In this document: piece by piece, positions 16,801-23,840 of the stretch | How positions within the stretch are numbered: the first letter of the stretch is position 1 | How the letters are laid out: the number at the start of each line of letters is the position of its first letter | From: a virus | Lineage: Duplodnaviria; Caudoviricetes | Strand: one strand, 5' to 3' | Length of the DNA: 25,563 bases | Virus record (IMG/VR): IMGVR_UViG_3300025621_000052 | Coordinates: 1 to 25,563 of that record | Position numbers and translations under genes: made by a program | The notes under the pieces: model-generated | The model's input: the letters and a program-made list of their open reading frames with translations, nothing else | What the model was told of the DNA's origin: nothing | Databases searched by the model: none

Positions 16801-18437
16801 GGTGTTGTTCTGCCGTATTTATCCATATATGCCACTCCTATTTGATAGGTGCGCATTGTTTTAATTGACGGGTGTACTAATACGTTGTTTGTATTAACAT
16901 AAGTAGGCCCTGTGTTCTCAGTGGATATAGTCCTAGAGTACAAGCCAACCGACATATCTGTTTTGTAGGGAACTTTGGTAAACGGGGTGCTTAATGTAAA
17001 ATTTTGAACGTAGTTGCCATATATTAATCTATTTGCCGTTACTTCTTGAGCGAGAGCTCTGCGGGGCACATTGTCATAAGGTCTTAATAGCTGATTGCTT
17101 TGTATTACAGAAGTTATTATTTCCGTCTTTATTTCAAAAGTGTTGTTTTGCCAACCTGGGTCTGTAGGCTTAAACCCATCAACAACATACACGTTAGCAT
17201 TGTTCGATGCCTTGTAAAGTATTTCTACTTCTTCAACATCCCCTGGCATATCCGCAGGTATAAAATTAGATATAGTTAACTGCCTAGTATTGTTAGTCAT
17301 ACCAAGGTTATAACCCTCTTTTGGAGAATAGTCAAACTCCCCTGGCAAAAAAGCTACATTTGAAAAAGCAGAGTAAGCAGAAACCTGATTGTTCTTATAT
17401 TTCCACCTTGTAGCGAATCTGGCAAACTTGAATTCAAAAAGCGGTTGTTGCTGCTCGAGTATTACGTTATATAGTTGAGGGTCTGTTGTATCCGCCCCTG
17501 TTGTACTTGGCCCCACGCTCAACACAATAACATCAGCCCCTGTTTGTGTAGCCCCTTCTTCAGGCGGAATAATCCCTGCTATAGAGCATCTTATTTCTGC
17601 AACTTCTGAACCGGTTTCGCCTTCATTATCAAGAGTTAGTATAAGTACATCTCCCTCTCTATAAAAGGGAGGGGTCTGGTTTTGCGCCCAGGTTAATGTT
17701 TTTTCAGTACCGGTAGACACTGGAGTAGCAACTCCTGCCCCATTTAAAATCATAAAACTAGCGTCCGTAGTAGTAGATATATTAACAATATTACCCTCAT
17801 TATCCTCCTGCGCAACTGAAGATAATGATATTGTAGGCGGATTTAATGGATACTTTTTTATTACAGTAATATCTTGCTCAATAAAATCTCTCCCATATAT
17901 TTGCGAGTGTGTGCTAAAATCAGGGGTTGAATTAACCCAATCCTTTATGGTTATACTTTTGGGCTCAGTTTGGTTATCTGTCCACATTAGTATCCCCTCT
18001 ATTATATTTATACCTGTTATTAAGTAATCCTTACTGAAATTAAGTATACCCTCGTCATAGTCTACTATTAACGGGGCTGTTACTTTTGTTACGGTATTAT
18101 ACGAAGCTATAGCACTAATATCACCTGGGCCTGAGGCTATAAACCAATATATTTCATCTGAATTTCTGTCAGCCACAGAACCTATACATACTGCGTCATT
18201 AATATCGTCGTCAATATAACCGCTGGTCCACAAAGTTCTTTGCTGCGTAACTGGATTATATGTTTTATACCTTAGCTCTAAGTTGCCTTTTATATTTTGA
18301 AAAGTACCAACCTGTGAGCTATCGGAAGAAGCTAACTCTAAATTTAAAGCGTCTCTATATTCTCCGTTAGGAACAAGCCTTTCATCAAGATCTTTGTTCA
18401 TTTTACCCGAGGTAAATGTGCGTATTAATTCTGCCAT
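13878..18437 (-). CDS. Tail nozzle/muzzle (stabilisation) protein, P22 gp10 / crAss-like (1519 aa)
   Basis: N-terminus F..GKMNKDLDERL.P.GEYRDALN, plus NRLIYGNY, YQIGVAYMDKYGR, NGVESDRIRDDFN and YGSIQKL...GEFGI..NPESF. These match the remembered signature of crAss-like tail stabilisation proteins, and the gene follows the ring genes. Confidence 0.8.
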   Translation of the reverse strand: MAELIRTFTSGKMNKDLDERLVPNGEYRDALNLELASSDSSQVGTFQNIKGNLELRYKTYNPVTQQRTLWTSGYIDDDINDAVCIGSVADRNSDEIYWFIASGPGDISAIASYNTVTKVTAPLIVDYDEGILNFSKDYLITGINIIEGILMWTDNQTEPKSITIKDWVNSTPDFSTHSQIYGRDFIEQDITVIKKYPLNPPTISLSSVAQEDNEGNIVNISTTTDASFMILNGAGVATPVSTGTEKTLTWAQNQTPPFYREGDVLILTLDNEGETGSEVAEIRCSIAGIIPPEEGATQTGADVIVLSVGPSTTGADTTDPQLYNVILEQQQPLFEFKFARFATRWKYKNNQVSAYSAFSNVAFLPGEFDYSPKEGYNLGMTNNTRQLTISNFIPADMPGDVEEVEILYKASNNANVYVVDGFKPTDPGWQNNTFEIKTEIITSVIQSNQLLRPYDNVPRRALAQEVTANRLIYGNYVQNFTLSTPFTKVPYKTDMSVGLYSRTISTENTGPTYVNTNNVLVHPSIKTMRTYQIGVAYMDKYGRTTPVLTSNSASLVVEKASSASANNIRVTLNGNPPKYKTLTGFADFTHYKYYIKETSREYYNLALDRFYDAEDGNVWLSFPSAERNKVDEDTFLILKKEHDNNIPVFEKSRYKVIAIENEAPLFLTQQRLGKGNLLTNFGGGQGATPTEGGNELQIPKTNFDQAFGAETRTESGLQLRITGTAGQVSEYYKISTFSLDQTQNFVRIVVSPAFGPDVNFATVSGGEVPEGTGVTLYDLTDVKKAEFTGRFFVKVNSDNILRQKIQAARNNNNTFIRKAIAPLWNFSSASEFNSSFWKEGGSWPQVDATGQTGRIFIDRFNPKCESRGQGTDVEGKIVITDATGYGAGRTNTTNGHAHGIVDRNPRLLEQLNTVGTMFRFVDIGNGVKDPTGTVYVVTNSQLNLGTNYDCTNNSSASDAWDAQTNQYARWTLTFEQLEGGSTALPWNPSTLPNIIEGSGPAYNFTNQFAYVGIEFLASDPNDDTFSSSSPAIFETEPKEAAELDIYWEAPGVYDISDFGQTQDLTWFNCYSFANGVESDRIRDDFNQPIIGDGVKASATLDAPYAEEHRSTGLIFSQIFNSVSSTNNLNQFIQAEGITKDVNPEYGSIQKLHTRDTDLITLCENKSMKILAKKDALFNADGSTNLTSNAAVLGQTLTFQGEFGIATNPESFAEFGFRMYYTDANRGSVLRLSGDGITDISDYGMHSFFSDNLNVNKTIIGSYDVQKGNYNISLNALTPYWQQTLGAGTFDRLNKHPLCNQFVNSLPTTSTTVSFKEDINGFTSRKVYVPESATYINNVYYTFKNGLIYEHAANPLYNTFYGVGPGASELIGPYYESSFNTIFNDNPAMVKGYKTLNYSGTDSKEYSYTNTNAPNPQWFSLAQIQAANITPVRIRETEGWYVNSIVTDLQEGQLKEFIDKEGKKFNYIRGMDTFYTTNCDNNVDSREFSVQGIGRANAVNVIQTEFLVVNSLDTDCFTPR

Positions 18438-18443
18438 TTAATT

Positions 18444-19367
18444 TTAGTGTTTAATCCATTTTGATTGATTTCTAAATACCTGCGCCATTAGGTCTGACTT
18501 AAGCTCTGACAATCTAATTTTAGCGTTTCTTCTCGCTGCTGAAGCGACCTTCTTGAATCTAGCAACTAAGTACTCTTGCACGTTAGATCTTGTAGATAGT
18601 ATAGAATAAGCTATATACTTTTCTATTGCATCCATCGCAAACTTGTGAACAGTCATATCTTCTGCAGTACTTAATCCGTCACTTATGTACTTTAATGTAA
18701 CTACTCTTCCTCTTATATCTGAGCTAAATCTAATTACCCCGTTTATTCTATCAATGTAAAAAGTACCGTTTGCTTGAGCTTGCTCTGGGTTTATACCGTA
18801 TCTTCCGCCATAAGCGTAAAGTGCTAACAGGTCTGGATTGTTTACTAAATCCCAGTTACCGCCACCTGCTCCCGCCAAAGGGAAATTACTTTTAGCATTC
18901 CATCTTTTCAATGTTTCTGACTCATCCGCTAAAGGTATATTACCTTCATTATCAAAAGTGTACTCATAATCACTATCTTGTATAATAGCATTTGGATTAC
19001 TTGTTAAATCGGTTTTATATATTATTCTTTCTATACCTCGGCTATCTGTCCAAGACAGCTTTGTGTAATTAACATAATCTTGCGGTAACACCATATATAG
19101 TCCCGGAGGTATTTCAATTTCTATTGATTTATCCTGAGGCAGTGTATCAAAGCTAAACTCCTGGATAGCTCGTTGTGCCCAATATGCAACGTCAGTTCTT
19201 TTTACTTTTGTTATTAACTTGTCCTGACCAACATAGGCCACTATAAAATTATTTATAATGTCGCTTATACTTACAAATTGATAATCGCCATAATTTTCAT
19301 CGCCACTATCCCATACGCCGTCGGGCCCTAAGTAGTATTCTTCTGGAGTTTGATTTATCAATGCCAT
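18444..19367 (-). CDS. Head-tail connector / tail ring protein (307 aa)
   Basis: LPQDYVNY motif and C-terminal 'Y.SDGL...VHK.A..A...YI.Y' helices typical of P22 gp4-like adaptor/ring proteins. It sits immediately upstream of the nozzle gene. Confidence 0.65.
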   Translation of the reverse strand: MALINQTPEEYYLGPDGVWDSGDENYGDYQFVSISDIINNFIVAYVGQDKLITKVKRTDVAYWAQRAIQEFSFDTLPQDKSIEIEIPPGLYMVLPQDYVNYTKLSWTDSRGIERIIYKTDLTSNPNAIIQDSDYEYTFDNEGNIPLADESETLKRWNAKSNFPLAGAGGGNWDLVNNPDLLALYAYGGRYGINPEQAQANGTFYIDRINGVIRFSSDIRGRVVTLKYISDGLSTAEDMTVHKFAMDAIEKYIAYSILSTRSNVQEYLVARFKKVASAARRNAKIRLSELKSDLMAQVFRNQSKWIKH

Positions 19368-19370
19368 ATA

Positions 19371-20123
19371 TTATGCTTTTTCTTGTTGGTTAGTTTGTGC
19401 TTCTATTTGATTCGCTACCTGATATAGCCCTATGTCTTTAACAACTAAGCCTGCGAATTCTAGTATTTTTATTACTAGCTCAGTTTCTTCTGAAGGGTGT
19501 AATTCAAAGTCGGTAGACTCGTTTGCGTTATAAAGCGCTTCGCCAAAAACCATTTGGTAAGCCCATTGTACTTGAGCGGGCTCTTTTATATAATTACATC
19601 TTACATTGGTAGTTAATAAAGAATCTCCATAAACTTTGTAGCCGTCTTCTGAAGCTACAAATACGGGTCTTGTATTTGTGGGTTTTGCGTAAGCCGATTG
19701 ATTTATATACAGAAATTCATTAAAGTTTATTCTTTCTGCTTCTATCGGTGTTGTTGTAGTAACAACTGTATTAGGTACGGGATATAATGATTTACTAGTA
19801 GTAACATTGTTGTACACTATTGTACCTATCCTATATAGGTCAGCAGGGGGTGACCAATGTTCAGTAGTTGCATTATAAGTCATATCTGCGTCTACTTCAA
19901 ATATATTTATTTTTTCATTAAGCAAGTTAAGCATATCAGAAAACTCGGTGTCATTACCAGGTATCCTGCCAAACTGATTAATATCGTAAAAATATTGTTC
20001 GAATATATCTAACTGAGCTTGATTAGCAAATAGATTAAATTCTTGAGGGGTTACATAACCTCTTTGTTCTTTGTTGAGTATTGCTAATACTCTCTGATAA
20101 ACAGTATCTACGCTTACAGCCAT
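19371..20123 (-). CDS. Tail tubular / ring (adaptor) protein (250 aa)
   Basis: VY..VL.ILNKEQRGY.TP.EFN..A.QAQ..IF..YF N-terminus, then P.DLY, Y.K.P and FELH.SEE.ELV..IL..AG, consistent with crAss-like ring proteins. Synteny agrees. Confidence 0.7.
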   Translation of the reverse strand: MAVSVDTVYQRVLAILNKEQRGYVTPQEFNLFANQAQLDIFEQYFYDINQFGRIPGNDTEFSDMLNLLNEKINIFEVDADMTYNATTEHWSPPADLYRIGTIVYNNVTTSKSLYPVPNTVVTTTTPIEAERINFNEFLYINQSAYAKPTNTRPVFVASEDGYKVYGDSLLTTNVRCNYIKEPAQVQWAYQMVFGEALYNANESTDFELHPSEETELVIKILEFAGLVVKDIGLYQVANQIEAQTNQQEKA

Positions 20124-20142
20124 AATTTGTTTTTTATTTTAT

Positions 20143-20178
20143 ATAGTTATAGGCCACCTTTCAGCAGCCTATTACTAT
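20143..20178 (-). other. Intergenic RNA hairpin with GAAA tetraloop, no U-tract
   Basis: Minus strand AUAGU-A-AUAGGCUGCU-GAAA-GGUGGCCUAU-A-ACUAU: about 15 pairs including three G-U pairs, plus one A-A mismatch. Confidence 0.6.
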
Positions 20179-20186
20179 AAAGGTGA

Positions 20187-21035
20187 CTAGTTTAGTCTTT
20201 TCTCAATTGCCTTGTATACTTCCATTCCTTCGTCTGTTCTAAAGAAAGCAGATAAAGCAAAGTAAGGGTGCTCGTCAAATGGTACAGTCATTATTTTTCT
20301 TCCGCTAGAGCCGTAAGTAAACGTTCTTTGGTCTTGTGATAATGTTAGTATCCCTTGTTCAACAGCTTTTGCCCCGAAGCTCCTTAATTGTGTATTCTCA
20401 TCTGTAGCTAATTGTAAGAATAAATTTGGATTCCTTTTAGCAAAAATTAATACATCTCTTTTAATTTCAGAAGATGAAAGCTCTGTTACTCCTGCTCCCA
20501 TTTCAACGCGCAAAATAGCTTCTGCTTCTTCAACAGATAATGTTTTAGCCAGGTTCAATGCTTGTAATTCAAACTCAATCCAGTCAACCTCATTACTTGC
20601 TTGCTGGGCTGGTTTATATTCTTCGTATATATTAGATTTTAAAGCTGGGTGATATAAAGATAATAATTTTTGTAGCGCAATATTCTCTTTCGGCACTCTA
20701 AGCACGCCGTCTCTAAATACGATGCGTCCCATAACTATTTGCCCCTTCTGCTCCTCTACAAAACAAGATCGCTGGTTAGTAGCGTACCTTAATTCCCTCT
20801 GGTATCCTAGCTTTTCGTCAAAATACAATAAACTTTTTTTCCTACTATGTGCTGTAGGTAATGTGAAAACAAGGGGTTTTGTTCTTGTTAATTCGTACAA
20901 TCTATCTTTGATTACCCACTCGTCTTTTTTTGGTGCCTCTTTTTTAGGCGCTTCTACTTTTGGTTGTGTTACTGTTTCAACCACTTCCTGAGGCGCAACC
21001 TCAACTTTTTTTGCTGTAGCTTTCTTGTTAGCCAT
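20187..21035 (-). CDS. Conserved hypothetical virion-module protein downstream of capsid gene (282 aa)
   Basis: Low-complexity K/E/P N-terminus, then a globular region (RELRYATNQRS.FV.EQ, I.FRDG.L.V, LQKLLSLYHP). It occupies the post-MCP slot conserved in crAss-like phages. Confidence 0.7.
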   Translation of the reverse strand: MANKKATAKKVEVAPQEVVETVTQPKVEAPKKEAPKKDEWVIKDRLYELTRTKPLVFTLPTAHSRKKSLLYFDEKLGYQRELRYATNQRSCFVEEQKGQIVMGRIVFRDGVLRVPKENIALQKLLSLYHPALKSNIYEEYKPAQQASNEVDWIEFELQALNLAKTLSVEEAEAILRVEMGAGVTELSSSEIKRDVLIFAKRNPNLFLQLATDENTQLRSFGAKAVEQGILTLSQDQRTFTYGSSGRKIMTVPFDEHPYFALSAFFRTDEGMEVYKAIEKRLN

Positions 21036-21066
21036 AATATAATATGATATAAATGTTAATAATGTA

Positions 21067-21108
21067 TGACGATAGCCTACTACTATTTAATATAACTAGC
21101 TATTGTCA
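21067..21108 (-). other. Second intergenic inverted repeat after the capsid terminator
   Basis: Minus strand UGACAAUAGC...GCUAUCGUCA (9 of 10 pairs) encloses an AU-rich 22-nt segment. Confidence 0.45.
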
Positions 21109-21110
21109 CT

Positions 21111-21158
21111 AATAAAAGTAATAACTACCCCCGTAGATTCAACGAGGGTAATCATTAC
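21111..21158 (-). terminator. Rho-independent terminator after major capsid gene
   Basis: GUAAUGAUUACCCUCGU-UGAAUCU-ACGGGGGUAGUUAUUAC is a 17-bp stem with three G-U pairs, followed by UUUUAUU. It begins 10 nt after the capsid stop. Confidence 0.8.
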
Positions 21159-21168
21159 AATAAACTTA

Positions 21169-22623
21169 TTATACTGTTCTTTTTAACAGTACGAAGTTGT
21201 TAGCTGCTTGAGTACACAAAGTTCTTTCCGATAGGAAGTGAACATTCATTGCATCCTCGTCACTTGTGTAGTTTCCACCAACTGATCCAGTTACCCAAGA
21301 TTTCAAACGTCTGTCATCAGCTTCTGAAGCTCTATAACGGATGTGTAAGAATGGTCGTGAGATGTTCTGTCCTAATTGTTGGTCATATACAGTAGATGTT
21401 CCTGCTGGAACGATTACTCCAGATATATCTGTAATACCTCCACGAGTTGTAGAATCATTTAGATACTTCCAGTCAGTCTTATAGAAATCGTAAGATCCTC
21501 TACGGAATCCTGAGAATCCTAAGTTCAACGCCATTTCTTCTGAATTTTCGAATACACCGTAAGATGTTCCTCCAGTTCCGTAAGAATTTTGTTGTGCTAA
21601 CATATTATCAATGCTCAATGCAGTTTCACGATCTAAGAACATCATGTTCTCTTCAATTGCTCCTTGCTTATCAAGCTCTTGTAATATAGTATCAAATGCT
21701 CCAAGTCCTGCAGTAGGAGAAGACGCACCATCGAAGTCCGCATCGTTAAATACTAAACCTCTTGTTTCTAGTGCATCAAATAAACCTTGCATACCTGCGA
21801 TAGTTGCTCCAGAAGCATCAGTAATAGTACTTTGAGCATCAGTAGCTTCAACCATTGACATTTCTAAGTAATCTTCAAAACGAATACGAGACTCGTGCTC
21901 AGACTTTAAGTACCATAGGTATCCTCCAGTTCCAATTTCAGTAGTAACTTCAACCCATCCAATTTGAGCAACATCTGATCCGTTAACGGCATACTTGTCT
22001 CTTAGAATAATTGGTTTGTTACTGAAAGTTGTGAAAGAAGCATCAACTGAATTACCAGCTAAACTAGATCCTTTTCCATACTCAGAACCATATACGAATG
22101 TACTAACGCCTGTTTGTGTATGTAAACCAGTTGGCAATTGCCCATTGGCAGTATCATATACTACGATGTCGTATGTTACATTAGTTCCAACCTGAGGTGT
22201 AACGATTGCTTTTACGAAAGCTTTTGCCGTTATATTACCTTTGGCTAATACTATTGTCATACCTGGTCCTAGTAAAGGTGCTTTACCGTCTGGTGATGTT
22301 GTTGCATCTGGTAAAGATATTGTTTGGTTCGCTGCAGCTTGAGTTGTTACATTATCATAAGCGATATGTAATCTTCCTTGCTCTGACCAAACTACTTGAT
22401 CCGACGCCATAGGCATCTCAGCTCCGACCATACGTAAAAATCCTGTGATTGTTCTGTTTCCATAACGCTCGATTTCTTTTTCGTATACCTCAGGTAAAAA
22501 TTGTTGTGTAAAATCCATGTCCGCTAAAGATAGGTAGTTGTCTCCAAACAAACCTTTTATCGGGCGTGGTGTTAAGTGCGCTAAATTGGCTAATGTAGCC
22601 GGCGCGGTTGCAAATCCTGCCAT
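21169..22623 (-). CDS. Major capsid protein (HK97 fold, crAss-like/Bacteroidota podophage type; 484 aa)
   Basis: Follows portal and scaffold and is followed by a strong terminator. Motifs QQFLPE.YEKE.ERYGNR, W.EQGRLH, GSEY.KG, GYLWYLK.E.E...RF.DY.E and LGF.GF.RG.Y.FYK..WKYLND match remembered MCPs of this group. Confidence 0.85.
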   Translation of the reverse strand: MAGFATAPATLANLAHLTPRPIKGLFGDNYLSLADMDFTQQFLPEVYEKEIERYGNRTITGFLRMVGAEMPMASDQVVWSEQGRLHIAYDNVTTQAAANQTISLPDATTSPDGKAPLLGPGMTIVLAKGNITAKAFVKAIVTPQVGTNVTYDIVVYDTANGQLPTGLHTQTGVSTFVYGSEYGKGSSLAGNSVDASFTTFSNKPIILRDKYAVNGSDVAQIGWVEVTTEIGTGGYLWYLKSEHESRIRFEDYLEMSMVEATDAQSTITDASGATIAGMQGLFDALETRGLVFNDADFDGASSPTAGLGAFDTILQELDKQGAIEENMMFLDRETALSIDNMLAQQNSYGTGGTSYGVFENSEEMALNLGFSGFRRGSYDFYKTDWKYLNDSTTRGGITDISGVIVPAGTSTVYDQQLGQNISRPFLHIRYRASEADDRRLKSWVTGSVGGNYTSDEDAMNVHFLSERTLCTQAANNFVLLKRTV

Positions 22624-22631
22624 AATTTTTC

Positions 22632-23804
22632 TTATTTAATGTGTTTAAATGTTTTAATTTTCAATTTTGAATCACTTCCCCCAGAATCAACAGATCTTAC
22701 TGCCCATCCATTCGATGTTTTAACGTCTTCATGAACGCCTCTAGCGCCCATTTGTATATTTTTCGAATTGGACATACTTGTTTTCATCGCGTCGGCTTTG
22801 CCTTGCTCATAAAAATGATTTGCAATAGAATCTGCATTCATAGCTGTAAACAATCCCTTGTGGTACCCCGCTGCATCTGACATTTGGTTATCTTTATCCA
22901 AGAACTTCTTGACAAAATTATTAATGTCGCTTTGGGTTTCCTTAATAGTAGGAGCGTCTTTAACTTTAAAACGGAATTTTTTGTCTCCAACTTGATAATC
23001 AAAACCTTTGAAATCATCGTTAAAAACACTTTCCGTTTTCTTTAAAAACGTTTGTGTTTGTTTTTCAGCTAATTGAGTTGCTGCTTCGTTTTCTTTTGTA
23101 TAGCGATTGAAAAAGTCTACCGCTTTCTTTTGCTCAGGAGCCAGCCTTGCGCCGCCTTTAATTTCCTGATAATATTTATCTTTTAGCCCAGTAAGATGGT
23201 TTTTAGCTTTTGCTAATTCCTCTCTTCTTGCTAATTTTTTTCTTTTTATATCGCGCTCTTCGTCTATATCTTCGTCGTAAAGAAACTTGTCTTCCATTAA
23301 AAAGTCAATATCCTCTTCGTCTAAATGCGGCTTTGTATTAGCGTAATATTCTCTTAACAGTTGAGATTCATCTAAGTCTTCATAATTCTTATTAAGCTTA
23401 ACATAGTCCTCAAGGGTCCCGCTTGTTTCATTCATAAAGTCAACAACCTTTTGAATGTTTTCAGGTAATTCAATACCGGTTTCTTTTTGTTCTTCTATAG
23501 CCTCAACTATATTGTCTTGCAAATCATCCGCTTGCTCCTGTACTTCTTCTTCTGTTATTTCCTCTATAGCGGATTCTACAGCATCAGGCACGGCAGTTTG
23601 TTCTTGCCCTTCAACCACAGGTTCTTCTGTCTGTATTGGTTCCGGCACATCTTGCATTGGCTCCGGGGCATCTTGTGCGGGCTCCGCTAGCTTAGACATA
23701 TCTAATTTAATTGTCCCCTCTTCGTCTACGGACATGGGATTTGTATCAACAACCTCTTCCTGAGGTGTTTCTACTTGCTCTGTGTTTTCTGTTTGTTCTG
23801 ACAT
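22632..23804 (-). CDS. Putative capsid scaffolding/assembly protein (390 aa)
   Basis: Lies between portal and MCP. It has a very acidic E/P/Q-rich disordered N-terminal ~110 aa, a coiled-coil middle, an 'ANHFYEQGKADA' motif and a basic C-terminus. Confidence 0.7.
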   Translation of the reverse strand: MSEQTENTEQVETPQEEVVDTNPMSVDEEGTIKLDMSKLAEPAQDAPEPMQDVPEPIQTEEPVVEGQEQTAVPDAVESAIEEITEEEVQEQADDLQDNIVEAIEEQKETGIELPENIQKVVDFMNETSGTLEDYVKLNKNYEDLDESQLLREYYANTKPHLDEEDIDFLMEDKFLYDEDIDEERDIKRKKLARREELAKAKNHLTGLKDKYYQEIKGGARLAPEQKKAVDFFNRYTKENEAATQLAEKQTQTFLKKTESVFNDDFKGFDYQVGDKKFRFKVKDAPTIKETQSDINNFVKKFLDKDNQMSDAAGYHKGLFTAMNADSIANHFYEQGKADAMKTSMSNSKNIQMGARGVHEDVKTSNGWAVRSVDSGGSDSKLKIKTFKHIK

Positions 23805-23831
23805 GATAAAATATTATATGATTGTTATTAC

Positions 23832-23840
23832 TATTATTAC
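23832..23840 (-). promoter_or_regulatory. Candidate phage late-promoter element GTAATAATA upstream of scaffold/capsid genes
   Basis: Overlaps the portal stop codon and ends 28 nt from the ATG at 23804. It is the same 9-mer as at 11881-11889. Confidence 0.35.

Noticed and set aside
20143-20178. Hairpin as an intrinsic terminator
   Set aside because: No U-tract follows it on either strand, so it is kept only as a structural element.
15398-23029. Short alternative-frame minus-strand ORFs at 15398-15595 and 22838-23029
   Set aside because: Both are nested in well-supported genes, with no motif, initiation context or evident frameshift signal.
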